DNA of 64,000 nucleotides from a virus: UHGV virus genome UHGV-1375844; one strand, 5' to 3'. Shown piece by piece: positions 1 to 9,775 of this stretch (position 1 is its first letter; each line of letters starts with the position of its first letter). The notes under the pieces were generated by a model. It saw only the letters and a program-made list of their open reading frames with translations, ran no database searches and was not told where the DNA came from. The position numbers and the translations under genes were made by a program.

Positions 1-217
1 AGACTCGACAATCATAGAATGACCCTTATCTCTGCTCACTTTGGTTCCGCCTTCCCCAACCCCTAAACGGTGCCGGTTCTACGCTGGTAGTGAGCTTTTT
101 TAAACCTGACGCCAGTGACACAATCCCCCACCCATCAGGCCGAGCGTCCGGAGGTTCCGGAAGCATGGGGATATTAACACTGGAATCCACGGTTTAAAAT
201 AGGTAAGCAATTACCTA

Positions 218-472
218 TCAAGCGGTTTGATTATTTTGTCGCCCATGTAGTTGGGTGTTCAGAGCGAAAACCTCGTTAACAAGCTCCCCAAGCAACTGCT
301 CGATCAAATCTTTGTGCTCACCGGCGTGCAGACATTTCATTGCCCATTCATACAAGCTGAACGCCTGTTCGCGAGTTTTCATCATCTCACGAGCTTTGGC
401 CAGAAAATCGCTCTCAACAAGCGCTACGACGTTCGTCGGGTATACCATGATATTTTCCTTACTGTGTTTCAT
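218..472 (-). CDS. hypothetical protein (84 aa)
   Basis: ORF in six-frame track; same orientation as neighbours; no recognisable motif. Confidence 0.35.
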   Translation of the reverse strand: MKHSKENIMVYPTNVVALVESDFLAKAREMMKTREQAFSLYEWAMKCLHAGEHKDLIEQLLGELVNEVFALNTQLHGRQNNQTA

Positions 473-562
473 AAAAACGATTCTAAAGCGTCTGGAGCGG
501 GGTTCCAGAGAGTTAAAGCGGTTAGAATCGGTCTGGGATATCTACAGAACTACGTTTTGGTA

Positions 563-612
563 GACCTGCTTCTGTATATAAATAACTAATTACTTATTAA
601 TATATACGGAAG
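563..612. repeat. ~50 bp palindromic element (copy A): stems ACCTGCTTCTGTATATA / TATATACGGAAGCAGGT around an AT-rich loop containing the TAAGTA-like motif
   Basis: Inverted repeat read directly; near-identical inverted copy at 49651-49704. Confidence 0.6.
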
Positions 613-643
613 CAGGTTATCTAACGGACTCCCAGAACAAGAC

Positions 644-1237
644 TTAAGCAGCCTTTTTAGGTGGTCTTTTCTTCCTGATTACAGTGGAAGGATCATAGCC
701 ACCCAGCTTTTTCATTACCGTCAGCGGTACCTTGCTGATCGTGTGTCCAGCATCCTGACAATGCCCACGAAAGATGACCAGCATACTGCCACCTGGATTG
801 ATATTGACCTCCACCAGCCCAAGCTCAACGTCCGGCTCGATGAACGCTACGCGACCCCCGGAGAGTATGACTGTTTCGTTGGCGCATTCCGCGGCACGCT
901 CATACCATTTCGTATCCAGGGATTGTGGTATCAACATGACTGTCGTTACGCCCCGCGCCTGCTCTCGAATGGCCGCATCGATCCACGGCGTTATTTTTGA
1001 GTAGGGCGGGTTTAGGAACGCCACTGTGCCCGGGTTGCCCCATTCGCACGTTAAAGCATCACGCTCCACGCCGATAAAGTTCGGTAGCAGTGCATTTTCT
1101 TTATTGCAGGCGACGTCGACATCGAACTTAACGCCTATGTATCTTTGAATGGCGACAAATAACCACTGGGGTGTGCGCCAAAGGTCACGAAGAGAGGTAT
1201 CACGCTCTCGCTTTTTGATTTTTTCCGCTGCGACCAT
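644..1237 (-). CDS. DNA N6-adenine methyltransferase (Dam-like, phage type)
   Basis: FLNPPYS motif (N6-adenine MTase motif IV); size and layout typical of phage Dam-family enzymes. Confidence 0.8.
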   Translation of the reverse strand: MVAAEKIKKRERDTSLRDLWRTPQWLFVAIQRYIGVKFDVDVACNKENALLPNFIGVERDALTCEWGNPGTVAFLNPPYSKITPWIDAAIREQARGVTTVMLIPQSLDTKWYERAAECANETVILSGGRVAFIEPDVELGLVEVNINPGGSMLVIFRGHCQDAGHTISKVPLTVMKKLGGYDPSTVIRKKRPPKKAA

Positions 1238-1421
1238 TGCTTATCTCGTTAAGTAACTACTTACCTATTTTTCCATTTAATCCAACGGATAGCAAACAAT
1301 GAAGAACGCGTCAGAATCACGAGCGGGAAGCTCTCTGACGCGTTTTCTCAGTGCTGGGTATGCGATGAGCTTACCCAGCTTCTTAAAGCGCTCTGTGGGC
1401 TTGAGATTCTTTAGGGGAACT

Positions 1422-2264
1422 TCATCCAAAAGAATACTCCGCAATAAATTTCTTAACGATCGGGGAGTCATCATTCAACGTTAAGCAACCGCCTTCCCGG
1501 GTTGCAACTCCTGTCGCCGGAAAAACAGCCATCATTTGCCCAGCCTGGGTTGATGCCGTATTAAGCGGGTAGGGCTTCTCCGGATAGCTCATAAGCGCCA
1601 GCTTAATGCTGTTACTGGTTGCCGTCTTTGTTTCGAGAATGTGCCGCATCGCAATAACCGTGTAGATGCTGATTTCCGGGCCGCCACTAAACCAGTTCAG
1701 CAGATTAAGGATCTTGTCTTTCGCTTTCACCGGAGCCTTATCGAAAGCCTCAGAAAAAACGGCTGACTCCAGGCCGGCTTTGGCATAAAACGCTTCATCC
1801 TTGTCTGCCAGAGTAAACCGCGGTTTTGCAGGTGCGCGTTCGCCTTTCGCTTTTTGTGGTTTGCTCTCTGTAACCTCAGCCTTTGGTTCTGGGTCGGGCG
1901 TTGGTGATGGCGCTGGATCTACGCCTTCAGACTCGCACGGCTGTGTTTCAGCAGTCGATTTTTCATCATCAGCCGGTTCGCTAACCGGGATAGCTTCCGG
2001 CTCAACGACTTTCACGGGTTTATGCTCGACCTCAAGCTCTTCAAAAACTTTGGTCAGATCATTAGCGGCATTGGCTTGGATGACCTCTTCAGCAACGGCT
2101 TCGACTGGCTTTCCGATGTCATCATTCAGCCCAGCCAGCAGATCATCTATTTCATCACTGCCGCTTGCTTTGGCTGCTTGCGCGGTTGGCTCATCAAGTG
2201 ATTGCAGCATTGCAGTCAGCTCGTCGAGGTCATCGTTCTTTACTGTGTTAGTTGCGTTTTTCAT
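1422..2264 (-). CDS. hypothetical protein with acidic low-complexity N-terminal half
   Basis: 280 aa ORF; D/E/P-rich region followed by an ordered C-terminal domain; no catalytic motif recognised. Confidence 0.45.
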   Translation of the reverse strand: MKNATNTVKNDDLDELTAMLQSLDEPTAQAAKASGSDEIDDLLAGLNDDIGKPVEAVAEEVIQANAANDLTKVFEELEVEHKPVKVVEPEAIPVSEPADDEKSTAETQPCESEGVDPAPSPTPDPEPKAEVTESKPQKAKGERAPAKPRFTLADKDEAFYAKAGLESAVFSEAFDKAPVKAKDKILNLLNWFSGGPEISIYTVIAMRHILETKTATSNSIKLALMSYPEKPYPLNTASTQAGQMMAVFPATGVATREGGCLTLNDDSPIVKKFIAEYSFG

Positions 2265-2558
2265 CTGTCACTCCTCACTTGTTTTCAGCACTATCGCTTT
2301 TCGATGAGTGCATTTTGTCAAAACCTATCAGGCGGAAAAGCAACAAATACAGGCAGAAAAATAAACGCAAGGTTACTATGATTTTCAAGAAATCAACTCT
2401 ACCTCAAATTTCATCAAATAAATTCACACATATTAAAAACATTCAACAATGCTAATAATAATTAAACATTTAGGACTAATTAGCTTTTACTTGCCATGCA
2501 AATCCGTCTGTCTGATAATGAGGGTTTACAACTATATATTTATGAATAGGGTATAATA

Positions 2559-3647
2559 GTGAGCGGTAATAAAAACAAACTTAATGCGAGTAGTCTCGCA
2601 TTAAAATTGAATATCGGGCCATCCCGACCCTATTATAAAATGTTATTAAAAACAATTAAAAATAAAATAGCCGATGGACAATCAGAGGCTGAAATCGTTA
2701 CCTTAATAAAAAACTCGAAAGAACACCTTGCCAATACCACAGCCACACCTTTCCCATCAAAAAAAACAATAAAATCAACAAGAGTAAGGAAAAAGGTAGG
2801 CAGTACACCAGTAAGCATAATAAACCAACAAAAACAAAACATTAACTTTAAAAAGACGATGCGAAGCTCCTCCGTTCGGGATGACATTCGCCAAAAAAGG
2901 CTTGAGTTTCTTTTAAAGGAGCGTGAGCAAGCAGCGAAGGCGAGAGCTGCGCGAAAAGAACAAGATGAGAAACGAAAAAGGCTTGAAAAAATCAGGATGG
3001 AGAACCTACCTGAATTAGTAGAGCGTTGCATCGAATTTTCAAAGCGTCGTGATTTTCAACTATGGTTTCACCGCACTGGCCAATATTTAAATACCAGCGC
3101 CCAAGGCATTGTTGATAAATTCCTTGCTATGTCAGCGACTGAAAAGAAAGTAGCAGAAGCAGAGACTAAGTTACCCAAACCAGTTAAATCTTCTCATATT
3201 GTTACGCAACAATCATTAGAATCTAAGAAAGTCGAATTTATTCCTCAGCCCCTTCCATTGAAGAGAGAGGGTGAAAAAGTAACGATTACCAGTCGCCCCG
3301 ATCAAGCTAAATTTGCAGACTCGGTGGGAGCAAACTGCCACTACACCTGCGTTGTTACCGGCGTTAAAACCAGAACACGCTGTGAGGCTGCACATATCGT
3401 TGAGCACAATGCTGGAGGTGTTGACCATTATACAAATGGACTATGGTTGCGTGTGGACATTCACCGGTTATTCGATGCCGGCCTATGCGCGATCGATCCG
3501 TCCACTATGATGATTTACTTTAACCCAAAGGTGATGCTCGACGACCCGGATTTAGAAAAGTATCACGCTAAGCCCATATCTCAACCTGTTCGCCCAATAA
3601 ACCCTGACTACCTTACGGCACGCTGGACGATTTTTAACATTATATAA
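2559..3647 (+). CDS. HNH nuclease-domain protein with basic coiled-coil N-terminal region
   Basis: C-terminal HNH-like signature (CEAAHIVEH...NGLWLRVDIH); plus strand in a minus-strand region; visibly AT-rich. Confidence 0.55.
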   Translation: MSGNKNKLNASSLALKLNIGPSRPYYKMLLKTIKNKIADGQSEAEIVTLIKNSKEHLANTTATPFPSKKTIKSTRVRKKVGSTPVSIINQQKQNINFKKTMRSSSVRDDIRQKRLEFLLKEREQAAKARAARKEQDEKRKRLEKIRMENLPELVERCIEFSKRRDFQLWFHRTGQYLNTSAQGIVDKFLAMSATEKKVAEAETKLPKPVKSSHIVTQQSLESKKVEFIPQPLPLKREGEKVTITSRPDQAKFADSVGANCHYTCVVTGVKTRTRCEAAHIVEHNAGGVDHYTNGLWLRVDIHRLFDAGLCAIDPSTMMIYFNPKVMLDDPDLEKYHAKPISQPVRPINPDYLTARWTIFNII

Positions 3648-3663
3648 TATTGACCTTAGTTCA

Positions 3664-3690
3664 AAAAAAGCGCCATCAGGCGCTTTCGAA
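3664..3690. terminator. bidirectional hairpin (AGCGCC-atca-GGCGCT) with T-run on the minus-strand reading
   Basis: Stem-loop plus 7 T on minus strand, immediately downstream of the exonuclease gene. Confidence 0.55.
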
Positions 3691-4233
3691 AGGGAGTTTG
3701 AAAAAGCCGTACTTCTCTCGGGCTTTGAAGAAACACTGCATCATCAGATCTGTATCATACAGAGCACTATGTGCTTTTTCCCGGTCGTATACGAACCCGA
3801 GCGCGAAAGCCAACTCTTCCAGACGTGGACGCTTGCCGTCTTCCGTGGCCCAAAGGCCATCAAGCATAGAGTCGACCAGGTGAACTTCAGGCAGCTTCAC
3901 ACCGTACCCTGAAAACTCGTGACGAATAAAGGGGATATCAAACGCCTCTCCATTATGAGCAACCCACACACCACATTCCCCCATATAAGCGGCTATGTCT
4001 TTAGCGTGATCGGCAAGAAGTGGTTCTGCGGCAAGGTCTTCAAGAGAGATCCCATGTACTGCCTGCGCTTTCGGATCGATGTTGCGTCTTGGATTAAAAC
4101 GCAGTTCGAGGCTGTCAATATGAGTCCGGGTTTCCAACTCGTAACGCGTAATGGCGATCTCGATAATTTTGTGGCCGGACATAAAATCCAACCCCGTGGA
4201 TTCAATATCAATGCCACCTACAATCGTGGACAT
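3676..4233 (-). CDS. DnaQ-like 3'-5' exonuclease (DEDDh family)
   Basis: Exo motifs DIESTGL, HNGEAFDIPF and HSALYDTD. Confidence 0.8.
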   Translation of the reverse strand: MSTIVGGIDIESTGLDFMSGHKIIEIAITRYELETRTHIDSLELRFNPRRNIDPKAQAVHGISLEDLAAEPLLADHAKDIAAYMGECGVWVAHNGEAFDIPFIRHEFSGYGVKLPEVHLVDSMLDGLWATEDGKRPRLEELAFALGFVYDREKAHSALYDTDLMMQCFFKAREKYGFFKLPFESA

Positions 4234-4242
4234 GGTTACTCC

Positions 4243-4677
4243 TTATAGCTTCTTTGCACCTTTCAGCAATGCGCTACGCACGAACTGAGCGGCTTTCTTT
4301 AGCGTTTCCTCTTCACTTTCACAGATTACCGGTGGCAACCATTTACCTGTGGCAGTGTTAAGGACGTTAATCTGGTTGGTGTCGAGGCAAACGGAGACGT
4401 ACAACACAGCCCCGCCCGCAGCTTTAAGATGCATAGGGAAAAGGGGACGCTTCGTGCCGCCGTTGAATTGCGACATTGCCTCGTTGAGAGCGGCGCCGAC
4501 ATCTTCCCCAACAAGCCCCTGTGCGGACTCGAAAATGGCACGAATAGCCAGACGAGCTTCGCGATCGGTAATCAGTGATCGAGACTGTTCATCTGCAATA
4601 CGAATAAGAGCCTCTACCACTTTGCGATCCAACTCATCAGAGAGGGGAAGTTCGTCTATCATGCTGTTTTTCCTCAA
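4243..4677 (-). CDS. hypothetical protein (144 aa)
   Basis: ORF tightly packed between exonuclease and kinase genes. Confidence 0.45.
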   Translation of the reverse strand: MRKNSMIDELPLSDELDRKVVEALIRIADEQSRSLITDREARLAIRAIFESAQGLVGEDVGAALNEAMSQFNGGTKRPLFPMHLKAAGGAVLYVSVCLDTNQINVLNTATGKWLPPVICESEEETLKKAAQFVRSALLKGAKKL

Positions 4678-4725
4678 ATCATTTCACTTACTTCATTGTC
4701 GCATCGCGCAACAGGTGAGCAAGTT

Positions 4726-5370
4726 TTAGTGCAGGGTCACTCGCCCATCAGCCCGACGCTCGATGTTCTCCGAGACTCTGTCCAGCTGGCGTATGACAGA
4801 CCTGGCTCGGGACTCTACCGTTTGGCATTTCTTAGAGATGACGAACACCTGCAGATCACCTATGTTTGGCAGCACATTAATTTTTGTTAATTCACCGCAC
4901 ATCAGCGCATCAATGCGCGCGACATAGAGACGGTCAAGCGAGCCACGCTGTTCACGACTTCTATCTGCACTCGTTAGACAAACACCCGGGCGAAGACCAA
5001 CAACGGCGTTAAAGTTGCTAACCACCGCCTGGTGACAAAAACGCTCAATTTCCATCGCCAGTTCAATGCACCGGTCTTCATTCGTCTGGCCGACCAGATC
5101 TAATGTGTAGGCGACAACATCAGCTGGCGTTCGGTCTATAACAAACCCGTCCATACCCCGCGTAATCAGCTCGATATGCCGGGCTATTTCCATTTGCACC
5201 TGCAGGCGTTCGTAAAGCGGCAACTCTTCACCAACTTTGACCCCCAGCTTGCTCATCAGCTTGCCCACGCCGGCATCCACATACGGAATGCCGTAGTGCC
5301 GATCGATATATTTCGCCAGGGTTGTTTTTCCACTGCCCTGCGCACCAGTGATCCCAATCCGATAATCCAT
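4726..5370 (-). CDS. P-loop nucleotide kinase-like protein (dNMP kinase-like)
   Basis: N-terminal Walker A GITGAQGSGKTT; sits in the nucleotide-metabolism block. Confidence 0.5.
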   Translation of the reverse strand: MDYRIGITGAQGSGKTTLAKYIDRHYGIPYVDAGVGKLMSKLGVKVGEELPLYERLQVQMEIARHIELITRGMDGFVIDRTPADVVAYTLDLVGQTNEDRCIELAMEIERFCHQAVVSNFNAVVGLRPGVCLTSADRSREQRGSLDRLYVARIDALMCGELTKINVLPNIGDLQVFVISKKCQTVESRARSVIRQLDRVSENIERRADGRVTLH

Positions 5371-5846
5371 TACGACCTTCTGTAAACGATCTGTGTAAAT
5401 CCAGGTTCATCTTCGCTGGCACGTTGGTTGTAAGCCGTTTTAACAGGTACAAACCCCATTGTGCGCATCATCTGCACAGGGAAAAACGTGTCGGCATCAG
5501 GCACATCCAGCCCAATATGAGAAAGCCATATCTCTTCGACATACGGCATTAAAAGTGAGTAAATCTGACTACCACCGATAACCCAGATCGGATCTGGCAG
5601 TTTCAAAACATCATCAACACCAGCGGGGTAGAAGCCATTGGGGATATGCCCACCAGAACGTGTCAGAACGAGATTGTGGCGCTCTGAAAGAGGGTGCTTG
5701 AGACTGTCCATCGTCTTGCGCCCCATCACGACAGTGGCATTTCTGGTGAGTTGTTTGAACAGGTTCAAATCGGTAGGGCAACGCCAGGGAAGTTCGTTAC
5801 CAATGCCGATTTCATAGTTGCGGCCAACAGCTGCAATCATCTTCAT
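5370..5846 (-). CDS. folA: dihydrofolate reductase
   Basis: N-terminus MIAAVGRNYEIGIGNELPW and length ~158 aa typical of DHFR; adjacent to thymidylate synthase. Confidence 0.85.
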   Translation of the reverse strand: MKMIAAVGRNYEIGIGNELPWRCPTDLNLFKQLTRNATVVMGRKTMDSLKHPLSERHNLVLTRSGGHIPNGFYPAGVDDVLKLPDPIWVIGGSQIYSLLMPYVEEIWLSHIGLDVPDADTFFPVQMMRTMGFVPVKTAYNQRASEDEPGFTQIVYRRS

Positions 5847-6256
5847 TGGCTTACCTCATAAATGGTTGGTCGCTGGTGCGAATCAGCCAGCGCGGAGCGC
5901 AAACGTGGATCATGGACAAGTGCGGCGATAAGCAAATCCCCTTTATGATCTGCCAGAGTGCGCTTGATATGGTTTTCATAAGTGACACCTCGCGGAACGA
6001 GGTGGAGCCAGTCGTAATCAATGCCGAAGTCTTTCAACCAGCGTTTCGTTGGGGACTCAAGCGACTCCGGGCGACAGCTGATAAGCACCACTTCAGCACC
6101 GGAGCGAGCAAAACCACGCAACATGCGGCTGGTGGAAAAGATGAGTTCATCGCCGGCAATGAGAGCGCCAGCATCTGCGTCAGGTACTGATTTACGATGG
6201 CTGGCCCTCGCCAGCACACCTTCAATTTCACACAGGACATACATACCTCTGGCCAT
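5843..6256 (-). CDS. hypothetical protein (~137 aa from internal ATG)
   Basis: Track ORF 5843-6352 overlaps the thyA 3' end; internal ATG at ~6256 gives TGAtATG coupling with the thyA stop. Confidence 0.4.
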   Translation of the reverse strand: MARGMYVLCEIEGVLARASHRKSVPDADAGALIAGDELIFSTSRMLRGFARSGAEVVLISCRPESLESPTKRWLKDFGIDYDWLHLVPRGVTYENHIKRTLADHKGDLLIAALVHDPRLRSALADSHQRPTIYEVSQ

Positions 6257-6257
6257 A

Positions 6258-7394
6258 TCACACCGCCACTGGAACCTTGATCCACGGAAGAGGGTCATAG
6301 CCGCAAATTTTGATGCCGTCCCATTTGAAGTCATCAAGTTCCGCCCACTCATGCGGGAAGAGGACTACCGGATCGGAGTGCTCAGGTACCTGGCGCTTCA
6401 TCAGCTCGTATACACCTTCCATGTGGTTGTCATAGAGATGAACATCAAAGCCAAAATGCACGAAGGCGCCAGCCATATGGCCGGTTATCTTTGCAAGAAA
6501 ATGGGTGAGGATGCCGTAGCCTGCGATATTGAAAGGCATCCCAACAAAAGTATCGACGCTTCGCTGCACCAGGCAGGAGTTCAGGATACGCTTAGGGATT
6601 CCCAGCTCATCCAGAACGCTTTCAGAAATCCCGCCATCCTTCTCCAGAATGCATAGCATTTGGGTGTAGATAGACTCGTGCCCGTAACGATTGTGTTGTA
6701 GGCCAATGTCAGTCGCCATAGTCAGCCTGGTTTCAAAATCCAGCTCACGACTCCACAATGAAAAGACGAAATGACAGGGGGGTAATTTCATGTCCTCCAG
6801 TTCACCCACATTCCAGGCGTTCAGGAGAATGCGACGATCGGTAGGATTGGTACGCAGCGTGTCGACTATACGCTGAAGCTGGTCAATTTCACGGGACAGG
6901 ACGACGCGATCCTCGTTTACCCCCAGATAGCCTTCAACCTTGTAACCACGTTCACGCAAGGCGTCGATATTTCTCTGATATTCACTGTGGGAAACAATGC
7001 GAGTGTCACCCCATCGGCGCCACTGTTTGCCATATACCGGCCCTAAGTCGCCATTTTCATCTGCCCAGGCGTCCCATATCTTTACGCCATGTTCTTTTAG
7101 AAACTGGATGTTGCCTGTACCTTTCAGATACCACTCAAGCTCCACCAGCAGCGGTTTCAGGTTGACAGATTTTCCTGAGATAAGAGGAACGGAACCACCA
7201 GTTAGCATGTAGTAAGACGGCACATAGGAGACGCTCATTGTGCCGGTGCCAGTGCGATCTTCGGCATGAACTCCAGTTTTAAGGACTGTCTCAACCACTT
7301 TTGCATACGATGCACTTGCAAACTGACCGTTTGTAAATTCACGATTCAGAAGAATGGACAAATCAAACCTCACATATAATAAGTAAGCACACAC
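6258..7394 (-). CDS. thyA: thymidylate synthase (extended form)
   Basis: Motifs DRTGTGT, WADENGDLGPVYGKQWR, PPCH, PFNIAGY; annotated start is GTG, true start may be a TTG ~33 nt downstream after GAGG. Confidence 0.9.
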   Translation of the reverse strand: MCAYLLYVRFDLSILLNREFTNGQFASASYAKVVETVLKTGVHAEDRTGTGTMSVSYVPSYYMLTGGSVPLISGKSVNLKPLLVELEWYLKGTGNIQFLKEHGVKIWDAWADENGDLGPVYGKQWRRWGDTRIVSHSEYQRNIDALRERGYKVEGYLGVNEDRVVLSREIDQLQRIVDTLRTNPTDRRILLNAWNVGELEDMKLPPCHFVFSLWSRELDFETRLTMATDIGLQHNRYGHESIYTQMLCILEKDGGISESVLDELGIPKRILNSCLVQRSVDTFVGMPFNIAGYGILTHFLAKITGHMAGAFVHFGFDVHLYDNHMEGVYELMKRQVPEHSDPVVLFPHEWAELDDFKWDGIKICGYDPLPWIKVPVAV

Positions 7395-7544
7395 CTATTA
7401 TTTTATACAATCTTCATGCAAGCAAGCAGGTATGTACACGATAAAAGGTAAAAAAAATGGTGGCACAAAGGCCACCATAGATACAGCAATTGAAAAATTG
7501 GACAATAAAACACGCCCAATCAATATACGCTGATAAGTTAGTAC

Positions 7545-8420
7545 TTACAATTGCTTTTTCACTGCCTCGTATAGAGAAGAGGTCATCGCCTTCTCTACAA
7601 AACGAGAGAGATCGACATCACTATAGGTTGGCGATTTGAGTATTTTTCCATCTGAAAGACGGTAGCCGATCATCATCTCAGTCCCTTCTGCATGACGGAA
7701 GCCGAGATCGTTTTTATCGTATTTGCAGTTTTCAACCGCTACATGACGTTCTTCAGCGTCAGCCGGCCACAGTTTGGTCATGTTTGAACGATGGATTTCT
7801 GCCACCAGCTCAACGATGTCGATGCCGAGAAACTCAGCCAGACGGTAGGTCATCATGCACGCAACATAAATTTTGTTCATTACACGGCGTAAATCGCGAA
7901 TGAGTTCGGATTCACTGACCTTTGTGGTTTCAAGTTTATCAGCAAGGGCAGCCAGCATAAGTGCCGCTTCTTCAGCCTCTTTGAACGGAATGGCCATGTC
8001 GTCGAAGACCGTATTGCCTGGAACCATGATGGTTTCCATGAAGCGATCAACGCTCTGCTCTTGGGTGTAGTAACTCATACCCGTAGAGATTCCGCCTTTG
8101 ATGGCAACCATAGAACCGATGCCAACGTAAAGAAAGTCAGCCATAGCATCCAGCAGCGCAGGCATATCACCTTTCTCAGCCGCTGGGATGCCTTCTGTTA
8201 CCGCTTCCTCGTGAATCAGCTTTGCACGAAGACGTAGCAACGCCGGATCTGGCATTACACGGCGCGGATGCTGAAATAATGCATGGAACTGGTCAACCAT
8301 CTGGTAAATGCTCTCTGTGGCCTGGCCAAAGCCGGGATTCAGCTCATACGGCTCAGGTTTAAAACCAACCAGTTTGTCGGCAGCCAGTTTCAGATGATCG
8401 GTCAGTTTCGTAAATTTCAT
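7545..8420 (-). CDS. putative all-alpha NTP pyrophosphohydrolase (MazG-like), tentative
   Basis: EExxE and D-rich helical motifs (HEEAVTE, DAMADFLYV); start placed at internal ATG ~8420 preceded by AAGGA. Confidence 0.35.
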   Translation of the reverse strand: MKFTKLTDHLKLAADKLVGFKPEPYELNPGFGQATESIYQMVDQFHALFQHPRRVMPDPALLRLRAKLIHEEAVTEGIPAAEKGDMPALLDAMADFLYVGIGSMVAIKGGISTGMSYYTQEQSVDRFMETIMVPGNTVFDDMAIPFKEAEEAALMLAALADKLETTKVSESELIRDLRRVMNKIYVACMMTYRLAEFLGIDIVELVAEIHRSNMTKLWPADAEERHVAVENCKYDKNDLGFRHAEGTEMMIGYRLSDGKILKSPTYSDVDLSRFVEKAMTSSLYEAVKKQL

Positions 8421-8501
8421 GTCTTCTTTTTTCCTTCGTACTTCATTTGATGCGTCAATTGTGACCCAGCGTAGCCAGGCCACATAATGGTTAAACTCGG
8501 C

Positions 8502-9644
8502 TTAGAGGTCTGCAAACTGGCTCAGACTGGCGCGATCGACTGCGGAGTCGATTTGGCCGACGAGATAGGTGCTTTGTTCTGCTTCCTGCGGGGCGATCTG
8601 CAGGGTATCGGACAACAACCATTTGTTCATCCATACCAGCGGATCGTCTTTGATTTCCGGGAATAATGGCTTCAGTCCCAGGCGACGCATTGCCAGGTTG
8701 GTGCGATATTTTACATAGCTTTTTAGAATATCGGCATTTAAGCCAATCATTGATCCATCTTTGAACAGATAATCAGCCCAGCGCATTTCCTGCTCGGCCA
8801 CATCCATCATGGTCTGATAGATAAAGCCTTCCTCTTCAGCGGCGATCTGCTTCCACAGGAGACCTTCACGGCCAGTGCGCATAAAACGGATCATTCGCTC
8901 AGTACCTTCGCAATGCAGAGCCTCATCACGCGCAATGAAACGCATGATTTTGGTGTTGCCCTCCAGCAGCTTCCGCTCGCCAAAGGCAAAAGTACACGCA
9001 AAGCTCACATAAAAGCGGATCGCCTCCAGAGCATTAATGGAAACCAGAGTACGGAAAAGCTGGCGCTGGAGAGGGTAGGGTTTACCGTCAAATTCGGATG
9101 CATAGAGGCGCTCAAACTCATCTTCGCCAACGTGCTGGCGGGCGCAGGTCATCTCATACAGCTTATCGTATTCACTGGAGATGCTGATTGCTCGGCTGAT
9201 AATCTCTTCGTCAGTAACGATCCCGTCGAACACAATGCTCGGGTCATCAACCATACCGCGGATAATATGTGTATAGCTGCGGCTATGGATGGTTTCGGAG
9301 AAAGACCAGGTCTCCACCCATGTTTCCAGCTCCGGGATAGAAATAAGCGGAAGCAAAGTCGCATTAGGGCTGCGTCCCTGAACAGAATCAAGCAGCGTCT
9401 GGTAACGCAGATTGCTCAGAAAAATATGGCGTTCATGCTCTTGTAGTTTGGCATTAAAGTCGATGCGGTCAGTGGTTATGTCAACCTCTTCCGGCCGCCA
9501 GAAAAATGACAGTTGTTTCTCGATCAGTTTTTCAAAATCACGGTACTTTTGCTGATCGTAACGAGCAACATTCACTGACTGCCCGAGGAACATCGGCTCT
9601 TTCGTTGCGTCGTTAACGCCCAAACGGAAAGTAGAATAGCTCAT
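8502..9644 (-). CDS. nrdB: ribonucleoside-diphosphate reductase beta subunit (class Ia)
   Basis: Strong similarity along the whole length to enterobacterial NrdB as I recall it (e.g. [26 protein letters not shown]). Confidence 0.95.
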   Translation of the reverse strand: MSYSTFRLGVNDATKEPMFLGQSVNVARYDQQKYRDFEKLIEKQLSFFWRPEEVDITTDRIDFNAKLQEHERHIFLSNLRYQTLLDSVQGRSPNATLLPLISIPELETWVETWSFSETIHSRSYTHIIRGMVDDPSIVFDGIVTDEEIISRAISISSEYDKLYEMTCARQHVGEDEFERLYASEFDGKPYPLQRQLFRTLVSINALEAIRFYVSFACTFAFGERKLLEGNTKIMRFIARDEALHCEGTERMIRFMRTGREGLLWKQIAAEEEGFIYQTMMDVAEQEMRWADYLFKDGSMIGLNADILKSYVKYRTNLAMRRLGLKPLFPEIKDDPLVWMNKWLLSDTLQIAPQEAEQSTYLVGQIDSAVDRASLSQFADL

Positions 9645-9745
9645 GTGTTTCCCTATATGGTTCTGAATTTATTGGCTTAATTGTTTTAACGTCCGTCAAA
9701 ACAAGTTGTTATCTTATGTGCTTAAATAAGGTGAACAACATTAGA

Positions 9746-9775
9746 AGAGGGTGGGGCTTAAGCCCCACCTTTGTC
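9746..9775. terminator. hairpin GGTGGGGC-ttaa-GCCCCACC with flanking T-run
   Basis: Stem-loop between the nrdA stop and nrdB start. Confidence 0.45.

Noticed and set aside
251-589. Plus-strand ORFs 251-589 and 255-563
   Set aside because: They overlap the minus-strand gene 218-472 and the palindromic element and have no RBS or motif; likely antisense artefacts.
1801-2307. Plus-strand 168 aa ORF rich in Ser/Ala/Gly
   Set aside because: It is antisense to the acidic protein gene 1422-2264; low-complexity mirror translation.
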